Assembly: GCA_951406725.2 (NCBI GenBank)
Contig: OX597816.1
Span: forward strand, 136,028,001 to 136,092,000
Direction: 5' to 3'
DNA: 64,000 bases
Source: Octopus vulgaris
Taxonomy: Eukaryota
In this document: one piece after another, positions 49,981 through 61,930 of the stretch
Position numbering within the stretch: position 1 is the stretch's first letter
How the letters are laid out: every line of letters begins with the position of its first letter
Made by a program: the position numbers and the translations under genes
Notes under the pieces: model-generated
Told to the model about the DNA's origin: nothing
Seen by the model: the letters and a program-made list of their open reading frames with translations, nothing else
Databases searched by the model: none

Positions 49981-49983
<3 letters not shown>

Positions 49984-50114
49984 GGGGGGGGGGTAAAATA
50001 ATGGAAACAATTGAAATTTCAAACAAATATATTTTAATATGGGGTACGACCGCTTTTGGCAGTAATTACAGCTTGAATTCTACTAGGTGTTTCCATTATT
50101 TTGTCCAACCCCTG
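49981..50114. mobile_element. Tc1/mariner-type MITE inserted in (TA)n
   Basis: CAGGGG...AAAATAATGGAAAC / GTTTCCATTATTTTGTCCAACCCCTG, flanked by TA. Confidence 0.75.
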
Positions 50115-50320
50115 TATATATATGAATATGACAGGCTTTTTTCAGTTTCCATCCATCAAATCACTGACAAGGATTTGGTCAGCCTGAGGCTGTAGTAGAA
50201 AACATTTGTCCAAGATGTCATGCAGTGAAACTGAACCTAGAACCATGTGGTTGGCAAGCAAGCTTCTTACCACACATTCAGACCTACACCTACAACTGCA
50301 TTGTTAAATATGTCTTTCCT

Positions 50321-50558
50321 TTAACCCTTTCACTGTGGAAAGTAGATATAATCATGCAGAATTTCACTACCCTTAACTGCAGAAAGCAGTTTTATATACC
50401 AATCTTATCTTTTGTTGAAGAATGTCATGTCCAACACTATTTTCTGTTGAGATATGTCAAGTTTATTGAGGTTTAGGTGACTTGCAGAAAATATCATTTC
50501 TATTTTTTGGTAAATACTGAAACAACCATGAAATTTAATTCTGCAGTGAAAGGGTTAA
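50321..50558. mobile_element. piggyBac-type MITE family P3
   Basis: TTAA-CCCTTTCACTG...CAGTGAAAGGG-TTAA. Confidence 0.8.
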
Positions 50559-52167
50559 GACAACAGGGTGTTATCTTAGGTAGATTTGGCTACTATTTCT
50601 TGCTGGTTGACCAACTGCATAGAGGCTCCTTCATTGATTCAAGTATGTAGTAAGGGTGGTGTGGAGTAAATACAAGAGATAAAAACATACGTGAAACAAA
50701 GTAAGCAAATTTATATGCGTAGTATAGGGTATGAGTCATTAAGAGTAAATATCAACAATAAGGTGGAAGTAGAAAGTGGTATAGAGAATATCAACTACAT
50801 TAGTCTCAGAAGGTCTGCAAAGATGTTGAGTACAGCCCTTCCTCCAGACCAAACCATTTAAAAGAACAAACAAAGAGGTGTTATGAGATTAGATCCATGT
50901 TGCATGAATTAAGTGTAGGTGGTCTTGAGTAATTAGGAGTCAGGAGGAAGATTATAGAGTATTTGTTGTATCAATAAATCTAGTATCTTTTAAACAAAGT
51001 GAGTTCTTTTTACAATGAAAATTTAAGAGTGCCATCAAACTACCACTTCAAGTATTCTGTATACAAAGGATCTATTCTATAAAAATCTTAAATTTTTTAT
51101 GACTGCATAGAGAGTAAAATACTAAAGCCAATTGATGGAATATTTATAAATCTTTTACTATTTAAACCGGCCATATCTGGATCAGATATTCAACCTGTTT
51201 TATATCCAAAATGGCTAGATCTGGTTTCTCACACTTGCTCTACAATGTCATTCTAAAAATAAGTAAATACATCATTGACATCTTGAAGCTGCAAGATAAT
51301 GCATGATTAATCCAAAGCAATGTGAATAAATAAGCATTACATTTGACAGAGAAATCTGAATACTAAAGGGTTAAAGTGAATTCCATTACAAACTGTCCAA
51401 CTACTAGACAGAATGAAAATATATCAAGAATTTGAACCAACCGAGAAGCCTTTAGATCAAGGTTGAAAACATCTGTGGGTGAAATTTCACCCACGTTAAA
51501 ATTTAATTTCTAAAAATCAGCTGAGAAAATCTCTAAAAATCCTCATGCAAAACAAAGTTGAGCCTCAAGAACAAACAGCAAACCTATGACTTTGTAAAAT
51601 TAAAGACTTGCTATTTTTGTCAGTACAGATAGATGTAGTCCACAGGTTCTTATGCACTTGAAATTTGCCCCAGGTACTGAAAAGGTTCTTCAGTCCTTGC
51701 TCTATGTGGTTACCCACCCTGCTGAAAAATAGCATGAATGGCAGCTGCAGCAGTGATGATAAGCATGCCATTACGGGACACAAATATCAGGGCGATACTA
51801 ACAAGTTGAAGTACTGGTTTGAAGCAACATCATTATCATTACAATATCCATTTTTCCATGCATGCATGGGTTGGATGGAGTATACTGAGGCAGTTTCCAC
51901 AGCCAATTGTCCTTCCTGTCACAAAACCTCATCTGTTTCCAAGCAAGGTAATATTCCCCATGACCATCCAATCCATGCTAGCATAGAAAATAGACATTAA
52001 ATGATGATGATGATGATGATGATGATGATGGTGATGATGGTGATGGTGATGATGATGATCAGACATGTTCTTACAGAATATCGGGAATGAATGACATTGC
52101 TGACAGAATCTGTTTAAAATCATTTACAACTATCATGCAAAATCAAATAAAGGAGATATACACATGC

Positions 52168-52247
<80 letters not shown>

Positions 52248-52854
52248 CACACACAGATTATATGGCAAGCTTCTTTTAGTTTCTGTCTACTAAATCCACT
52301 CACAAAGCTTTAGTCAGTCCAGAGCTATAGTAGAAGACACTTGCTCAAGAACCATATGATTAGGAAGTAAACTTCTTACCACACAACCATGCTTGCATCA
52401 ACTGGAAGGAAAAAGGGATTCACAGAGGAAAAAAAATGAGAGAGAGGATTGTGCTTGCCTATTTCAATCAGTTACTGATTGACTTTATGGGAAATCAGAA
52501 ATGCATTCTAATCTAAGGAAACCCTACATAGATTATAAGGCAACAAAATGTAGATCACTTCAAACATTATGTTACATTAGCACTTAAATTGCAAGAGGTA
52601 TAACACCAGTCACTGCAAGCTCTATGTGAATTGTATAACAAACCAACTGAAGCATATTACTGAAATCACCAATAACTGCTTAAGCAAGAATTGATCAAGT
52701 CCTTGTTTGTTTGTACTTGCTTTTTTTTTGCATGCATGCATGCATGCATGCATGCATGTATGTATGTATGTATGTATGTATGTATGTATGTATGTATGTA
52801 TGTATGTATGTATGTATGTATGTATGTATGTGCAGTTGTATATATATATATAAA

Positions 52855-53216
52855 GATAATCATATTTTGCCAATTAAACACATGCATTATATATTTGGTC
52901 TTCACTTCAGCTTTATTATTATTATTATTATTATTTTTATTATTTAAGTTTCTTTGTCAAAGCACTTTCATCACACATCCTGTAACCTCTTCAGTGACAC
53001 CCTATACCATGTGCCTCTTCTTGTTCTATTTATTTCATTTTTTCAAAAAAAAAATGGAATAAGCCGAACAAGGGGAGGCATATGGTATAGAGAGTCACTG
53101 AAGAGGTCACAAGATGTGTGTTGAAAGAGCTTTGACACAATAACTAAAATAATAATGAAGCTGAAGTGAAAACTGAATATAAAGTGTGTATATCTAACTG
53201 GAAAAATATGACCATC
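52855..53216. mobile_element. Diverged foldback element with a hammerhead motif in each arm
   Basis: Arms meet at T/A runs near 53044. HHR motifs at 52955-52999(-) and 53094-53136(+): GTCA-CTGAAGA-G-GTCACA..TGTG-GAAAGnGCTT-TGAC. Confidence 0.75.
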
Positions 53217-54039
53217 CCCAAGTATAACGAAATTTGTTTCAACACAGGATTTCACATCAGGAATCTTGCAAAACAAATACATGAACATATATATATCAAT
53301 CTGAGGTATCATTTTTATAATCATTATAATATAGACAGTCTATAGATTCAGGAGATAATCTACAGATCATTTTTATTTATTTAGGATGTTACCTATAGAT
53401 CTACATATATAATCCATAGAGTTGGGTATATGATTTATAAATCAGGGAATATGATACATAAATGGAGAAGTCATCTTCTGATAAATACCTTTCTATTTCT
53501 ATTTTGCTGTGGTGGTTTCTCTATAGTTATTCATTACATTTTTGTTAGAAAAGTTATCAGGAAATCTAATCAATATGTTTGTTATTTGCAAATCCAGATT
53601 TACCACTAATCCACAAGTAATCCAAATGATTGGTATCTATACAATTGATTGATGGCAGAAATTTTCATCATTTGATTTTATCTATAATGCTGCTGCTTCT
53701 CTGATCTGACATAATTTCATCTCTGTGACATAATCAGCCCAATTTACTGCACATTTGCTGTTAGTATGTCTGGCCTTTCTTAGTATCCAGGGAAAAGATA
53801 ATTGTTTCTAACATAGCCACAAAACCAGAAATTGAGGAGAGGGAGGGTTAATCAATTAAGTTGATAGCAGTACTATATTTTAAAAACCCTGGAAGGATGA
53901 ATGGCAAAGTCAACTTGATGGAATTTGCAAAGAGCTAGAACATAAATACTGCAAAACATTTTTCTGGCACAAATTTCAGTGCTTTGCACAAATGTGCAGT
54001 ACACTGCCAGTGACTGAAAAAGAATATGTCAATGATTGT

Positions 54040-54575
54040 AAAGGTGCATGGCTTAGTAGTTAGGGGTATTTGGCTCATGACTGTAATCTCATGAGTTTGA
54101 TTCCTGGTGATGCATTGTGTCCTTGAGCAAGGCACTTCATCTGAAGTTGCTCAAGTCCACTCAACTGGCAAAAATGAGTAGTACCTGTATTTCAAAGGGC
54201 CAGCCCATGCTGAAGCTCCCTGAGAACTTCATTAGGGCGGTGATCTGGCAGAAACGTTAACACGCCAGGCGAAATGCTTAGTGGTATTCCATCTGCCGCT
54301 ACGTTCTGAGTTCAAATTCCACCAAGGTCAACTTTGCCTTTCATCCTTTCGGGGTCGATTAAATAAGTACCAGTTACGCACTGGGGTCGATATAATCGAC
54401 TTAATCCGTGTGTCTGTCCTTGTTTGTCCTCTCTGTGTTTAGCCCCTTGTGGGTAGTAAAGAAATAGATATGTGTGTCTGTGAGTGCTCAGCCACCTGTG
54501 CATTAATTTCACAAGCAGGCTGTTCCACTGATCAGATCAACTGGAACCTTTATCATCATAACCATTGGATGCCAG
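54040..54575 (+). mobile_element. tRNA-derived SINE family D interrupted by a family A SINE (54236-54468)
   Basis: ggtgcatggcttagtagttagg head and gtgtccttgagcaaggcactt block; related reverse copy at about 19110-19400. Confidence 0.7.
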
Positions 54576-57500
54576 TTTATGTCAATGATTGCAATATTTT
54601 ATTTACCTGGCAATGCCTTTAGATAAAAGTTACTCATAGGATAACTTAGAAAATAATTTTCTATTCAATTATATTATAAATTCACTTTTTTTTTTAAAAA
54701 ATTTGAATCCCAAAAATTTTTATTCCATAAGAGCGATACTTAGGAAATCATTTACTGATTATTGTCACATTGAAATAAGTATAATGTATTACAATGCATT
54801 TAATTCATGACAGGAAGTAATTTTATTCTTCACTTGTCCTTTCAATAAAGTGCTTTTATTTGGGTAATTTTTTTTTATGTCAAGCTGTTTATATCCCAGA
54901 TATTAACTCTATTGCTGGCAACTTTGAAGGCTGTAAGCACATACTCAATCTCTTTAGAAATTGCTCAAAAGCAATTATTACCAATGCATATGTCATATCA
55001 GGCAACCAAGTCATTGAAAGTATCTGAGACAATTTAACTATTCCCATTTAAACAACATATAAATCTTGGAAACTTGAAATTATCCTCATTATTGTGTAGG
55101 TTTAATGTTAATTTTTATTCATACATATTGAAAAACTTATACAACTAAATAAAGATGAGCATGTCATTTGGTTTACTGGAACATTGACTGTTTAATCTTT
55201 GGAGATGAAACCAAAATGAAAAGAGAAAAGGATGCATTTCTCAGAAGGCAGGATAATATAAAGTGTGGGCAGACTAGAGCTAATGAGAGTATAAAACAAA
55301 TTGAGAAGAACAAAGATCATTGTACATATAACAGGAAAATGTTCTTCACTTAAGAATGCTGTTTATGGATTTTCCAATGATTAAATTCGTGATGATCTAG
55401 TAATTATATTACTGTCAAGTATTATCCATATTACCCTCACTTACACATAGCACATTGTTTTGATATATTTAAGTATATTTATCTGCTTATGTAAGATGAA
55501 GTACCAAACTGTTTGTATGTGTCCATTTCGTAATTGTACTTGACTGTTAAGCCAAGTGGCCAATACTGGAGATTTAAGAATTTAAGTGAACCCTTGACAT
55601 TAGTTGTTGAATTATGAATACAAAGATTGTATGGAGATAGTGTGGGATCACTATGTATCCGAGTATTTGTTTATAAGAATTGGTTTGTTATAGAAAAATT
55701 TGGTTTCTTTAAATTTGGTGTGAGAAAAAGTGGAGCTAATTTTCTAGGAATTGATTATTTCTTTGTTAATCATAGGACAGTAACATGTCTATAGCCTTTC
55801 AGTCTCATATAAGTCGCATGATCTGTGATAAATAAGTGAGGTCGATGTTTAGTTCAAACTATTGCAGGTCTGTATGCAGAGGACAAGTTGAGGAAAAGAG
55901 TATTTGATGAATGGGACTCTGAAGAAAAATAGAACAAGATGTTCAAGACATGTCTAGGTGAAACCTGGCAGAAAAGGAAAGATAAGTACATTGGTGGGAT
56001 TAAGATGGAAGAAATATATCATTGGTGAACTGAATAAAAGCTGCTGCTGAAGAAGTAGTAGAAGAGATAGGAAAAAAGATGATTCTTGCCAATGGATATG
56101 GGATTGGTGAATAAAAGCCTGATTATTAGATGGATATATTTTGTTCTATTGGATTCTAAAAAAAGTATTGCAAGGTGAGTTGCACCAACCATTGTGAAGG
56201 GCATATTAGAGCTTTATAAAGAGTTAACAGCTGAATTAAACATATGTGACATAATAGTAGCTATATATAGTAAACATAACAATACCAGAGATACCACAAC
56301 AGACAAGTGACCGCTGGTAAGTGATAACAAAATTATCTTGGTAGTCATTGAAGAAATAGATTGAGAGTGATAGATGGAATGTCAATTGTTGGATGAAATA
56401 TAGTGGTCTACAGGAGCATCACTTACAGAACCAACAGAATTATGAATAAGAGAATTCAGTAGTATTAGATATGATACCTTGAAATGGTTCAGAATGCACA
56501 AATACTAAGGAAAGTTATGAGGTTTCGATAGTACATTTTTTTCTCTTTCTGGTTTTGAGTGATTTACTGATGTGAGTTTACTACTGATATATAGACTCTT
56601 AGAAATCATTTAAGTGTTCAATTCATTGGATTATAGCTGTTAGTCATTACAGACGTGTAGTCTCTTTCATTTGCTTAGTCATCTAATATAGGAGTGAGTC
56701 TGAGTGGAAGCAAGTATAGAATTGGTACATACAGCCAATTAGTTGATCAGTTCATGACCTAATATTTAAGTCTCTTCAAGTAACAAGAACAACAAGGATT
56801 ACTTTCCTCTTTGGGATTTTGGAATGTGGAAGTATACCAGGATACCAGGATAAACTAGAAATGTTTCAATAAGGAGGAATTGTTATATTAATTGGTCAAG
56901 AATAGAATAGAGTTAGAACTACACCCATTTTGATTATACAAATTTACAGAATGAATACATACATTTCATTCTCTAAGCTATAATTAGAATAAAATGGTAA
57001 AATGCAATGAGCTCATACACAGAGACACTATGAAATTTCTTTGAAAAAAAAAATGCAAAGCAATGATGTTAACTCACATTATGTATCTAGAAAACATGCT
57101 TTATAAACAGAAAAATAACGCTCTAATAATTACTTTATCTCAGAAAAAAATCCTTCTCTATCCATACACTTCCTTAGAATTAAGGTTAATAGGTTGATGT
57201 TGACATAATCAATGTTTAGGTAGAGAGTTAATGTGTAGCTTTTGTCATAAGTATGTAAGATGACTGGATGAAATACAGAAAAAGAACAACATGGGTAAAA
57301 AAAATCAACAATATTGACTACAGTTATGCCAGCCTTCAATTAGTCTAAAGGTCGTAGCTGTTATAAGTTTACACACATTCCTGGGCATAATATATCAGTA
57401 AAGCTTTATCCCGAAAGTACAGGTTTGACTGAGGTTCTACTAAACACAAAACAAGCCAATGAAGGACTTGATATGCAGTCATTCAATTGCTAGAATTAAC

Positions 57501-58459
57501 AGCCAAATCTCTCTCACACTACTCCAAACCATCTTAAAACAAATATATATATATATGAAAAATATAATTCTAAAAACAATATGCAAATAAAAATTTGGAA
57601 TACCACTAGTGCAATAAAAAAAAAGTTAAAAAAAAGAAAATCAAATAGGTCAACACTAAACGTGAGAAAGTTACAAAGGCTTATGACTCAAATCAAGACA
57701 AATAATAAAAATGGTGTAAAGGTAAGAGCATCCTAACACATTATTCACACATATAAAACAGACAATACAAAGCAACAAAATCACCTAAACTTATCTTAGA
57801 CCACAACTAAAATGTAGTACAAAAAAAAAACAGATAAAAAAGAGCTACAAGCTTATTCATTATCTCTATATTAATGTTGAGAGTTCCAACAATGATCTTG
57901 TAGTAACAAAAATAACCAACATACAAAACTCTAATCATATCACACACAAAATACAGATCAACAATGGAAGTAGCCAATATACACCAAATAATCATAACAG
58001 TTACAGTGTACCTTACACAATACACATGTCAATGATATGAGGTGGAATAACTAACTACATGACCAGGAATATTCTCAGGAGCTGAAAGCATTCAAGCATC
58101 TCCTTCAATTTTCAACGTTAGTTAGGTTCTCCACTTCCAGAAATGTGTAACGCTAATCTACAAACAACTTCAGAAACTACTTTAAACTCACCAAGTTGCA
58201 ATGCAAAAAACATGAACATGAAAGACCTTTCAATGACATGGGCCCCAGATGCTAATGAAATGACAAAAATAGGTTCAACAAAAATCTGCTAGATACACAG
58301 GTGCATGTGTGGTGTGTGTAAGAAGCTTGCTTCCCAACTACGTGGTTCCAGCTTCAGTCCCACTGTGTGGCACCTTGGGCAGGTGTCTTCTACTATAGCC
58401 TTGGGCCAACCAAAGCCTTGTGAGTGGATTTGGTAGGCGGAAACTGAAAGAAGTACATC

Positions 58460-58505
<46 letters not shown>

Positions 58506-58549
58506 TCCGAGTGACAGGCTTTGTTGAATTTCTGCGGCTTTTAAATAAA

Positions 58550-58586
<37 letters not shown>

Positions 58587-58589
<3 letters not shown>

Positions 58590-60147
58590 TAGATCCCACT
58601 TTATAAAGCCACCCGCTTAATGTATCCAAAATGGGTTAGGATGGAATTTTTACACATAAAAATCTCTCGTTTGATAAATCTAAGCCATTGCTTAATTCAG
58701 TTGTTGCTGCTTCTTCCTAAAGTGTCAACAAGTGGCAGTGAATGAATGAAGTGTTTTTCTTTTGCTCTTAAATACTGACAGGTGGGCTCCAGCACCCACA
58801 GCCAGCCAGCTGTCACATGGTACACTCCCTCATCCAAAAATAAATCAATAAATATCTACTAGCTGGTTGTGGCTGCTGAAGCCTAAATTACATGCCTTTC
58901 TCATTCATTGGATGATGGAGTGTACCAAATGACAGCTGGTTGGTTGTGACTGCTGGAGCCTACCTGCCAATAAGGGCCCCAAAAAAAAACGTGTCATTTG
59001 TCATTCACTCAGAGAGGCAGATACACACAAGTTGTTCAAAATGAAAAGAAATAGGCAGGGCAAAGATTCAATTGTTAGAACATTACAAAGTTCTTGGAAA
59101 AACAACTCAGTGGGAAGCAGCACAGAGCTTGGGAATATCAAGAGGTCTGCTCCAGAATTTGCTAAAGAATGAGGATGACCATTGTGCCAAAGAACATGAT
59201 GGCTGTTCATCAAAGAGAAAGTGCAAACGAGAGGGAAAGGACCAACAGATAGTCCGTGCTCTCTACAATTGGTTTCAATTTATTCGCTCGAGAAACATCC
59301 CTGTCAACAGCCCGATCCTAATACACAAAGCCAACACTATTGTTCAAGCTGCTGGACATGATCCGAAGGTTGGTTTTACTGTTAGCAAAAAAGACATGGA
59401 ATCTCTTTTATGGTTCTAAAAGGTTCACTAGTTCACATTTTTCTCTTTAGAGAGCACAAACTAAACACATCGTTCTTTGCAGGTGATGCAGCTAAAATTG
59501 ATGTCGATGGAGTCCATCAATTTCATGAGACAACCATATGCAACTTCTGTTGAAATCGTATCAGCCACAGGACATCTACATTGCCAATGAAACTGGGATC
59601 TACTTTCGTGCATTACCAGGGAATACATATGTCAATGAGAGTTACAAGAAAAGTGTGAGGGGCTTTAAGACAGCAAAGGAGCATGTGACCTTGATGGTGG
59701 CCTGCAACATGAATGGAGACAAAGAAGATATTCAGCAATCTGATAAGGAAACCAAAAGAGATGAAGATGGTGATTCTGATATTGATGCTGAGGAAAGAGT
59801 TCCAGAGACTCCAACACCAGCTGAAATAAAACACTATCTCACACATTAGAAAGCGACCTTGAAAATTTTTTATTTCAGTGACATGAATTTTTTTAGAACT
59901 CTAAAGGAAAAAAATCAATGCAGTGTTACGATCAGAGCGTCCAGCAAAGCAAACAACACACGACAAATTTTTCATTCAATGATATTGTTTATGATGTCTT
60001 TATTCATGTGTTTGCATATGAATGTATTTTAATAAATATACATGTTTTAATCAACCGACAAATTTTGTTCCCTCGGTTAATAAATCTCTCATTTAATAAA
60101 TCTAAAATAGGTGGTCCCAAGATTGATTTATAAAGCGGAGTCTACTG
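58587..60147 (+). mobile_element. Decayed Tigger/pogo DNA transposon nested in a family B SINE
   Basis: TIRs CAGTAGATCCCACTTTATAAA / TTTATAAAGCGGAGTCTACTG. ORF 59072-59419 has a CENP-B-type HTH (ALYNWFQFIRSRNIPVNSPILIHKA); ORF 59538-59849 has a DDE start (DIYIANETGIYFRALP...KEHVTLMVACNMNG), then a deletion. Confidence 0.9.
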
Positions 60148-60211
60148 TGTATGTATGTGCATGTGTATGTTTGTATGTATGTATGTATGTATGTATGCAT
60201 GCATGTGTGTA

Positions 60212-60249
<38 letters not shown>

Positions 60250-61724
60250 TGTGTTTGTTCCCCAACCATTACTTGGCAACCGATGTTGGTGTGTTTACAT
60301 CCCTATAACTTAGCGGTTCAGCAAAAGAGACTGATAGAATATGTACTAGGCTTACAAAGAATAAATCCTGGGGTCAATTTCTGTGACTAAAATCCCTTTA
60401 AGGTGGTGCTCCAGCAAATTACTGAAACAAATAACAGAATAACACATTCTGGAGTACTGTAAAAGTTGCCCTGCTGAAATGTCCAGAGACCTATTCAAGG
60501 AAGATTTGATGTAGCAAGATTATTTAAACATGTCATAGAGAATACACTTCCCAGACACAACTCTGAAGGATGGCGTCCATTATATAACTGGGTGTTAAAT
60601 AACTCACATGAACATGCACACACACAAATAAATACACATGTGTATATAGATATATATTTGTATATGAGTGTACATCTATATGCATATGTATGTGTGTATA
60701 TCTATTTATCTCTATATATATGCACACATATATATTACCTATGTTCAGTCCCCTGCAGGACAAAGACATGTTCTCTCCACCAACTACAGTCTGATGTGGA
60801 GGCCATGAATTTGAGCTTGAGATCATACTGGTTTGATGAGCCTACTCTGCTGTACTGGCTTGACAGAGAAGTGCAGTTTTTATACTCTTACCCAGTAGTA
60901 GTTAAATTGATTACTTTGATCCAAGTGCTCAGCTGGTCCTCATTTTATTAACCCCAAAAGGATGAATGGCAAAGTCAACCTCAGTGGAATTTGAACTCAG
61001 AAGAGAAGGATGGACAAAATACTGCTAAGCATTTCGCTTGGGGTTAAAAAATTCTGCCAGTTCACTACCACATATATATATATAATAACAATAATAACAC
61101 AAAGATGGAAATTCATATGCTTTAATTATGCAATGCAATACAAGTTCTACATCACACACCGTCATTACATATGTTGCAATGCATAATTAATCCCAATGAA
61201 TTTACATCCTCAAATTATTATTCATATTATCATATTAATCCTAAGTAGAAAGGAGTTCCACATATATACATATACAATTGGATTGTCCCAGGACATGGAA
61301 TTAACATGCGGTAGCCAACAAGAAGAAGCTTTTACGCATGCATTACGAGGCTTTCGCTCAAACTAAACAGATATATATATATATTCTAACACCCATTCTT
61401 TCTTCAATCTTCCATGTTACCCTATTTCTTTCACTTCCCCATACACTGAACCACTACCCTCTGGAGCCAACTCTTTCCCTGTTTCTAATATTCCATCACA
61501 CTATTTTCACTCAGTGCACTTGCCTACATCTCTACCTTTTCTGCTTTTCTATCCTACTCTGTCTCATATTCATGTTGTACCTGATCCTTGCATTTCTTTC
61601 TTTACACCCCTCTCTCCCTCTCTTTCCAAGTGGGCAAGCCATATATTCACCTCTTCTGCCATTGTCCCTCTATCATGGTTTCTTATTCCTCCAGTCTATA
61701 TCCCACTCAATTGAAAGGTCTTAT

Positions 61725-61930
61725 CTTGTGGGTACTTGGCAACCTCACCGATACTAGTGCCACATAAAAAGCACCCAGTATATTCTGTTAAGTGGTTGGT
61801 GTTAGGAAGGGCACCCAACTGCAGAAACCATGCCTAAGTAGATACAGAACCTGGTGGGGCCTCTAAACTGTCTGTTTTTGTCAAACCACCATATCCATGG
61901 CAGCATGGAAAAGAGGATGTATGATGATGA
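61725..61930 (+). mobile_element. SINE family C 3' part
   Basis: aaaagcacccagta...gtggttggtgttaggaagggcaccc...ggcagcatggaaa...gatgatgat. Confidence 0.75.

Noticed and set aside
55500-56750. Possible ancient Penelope RT remnant on the minus strand (also about 15350-16120)
   Set aside because: Only vague motif echoes with many stops; needs a profile-HMM search before it can be listed as a feature.
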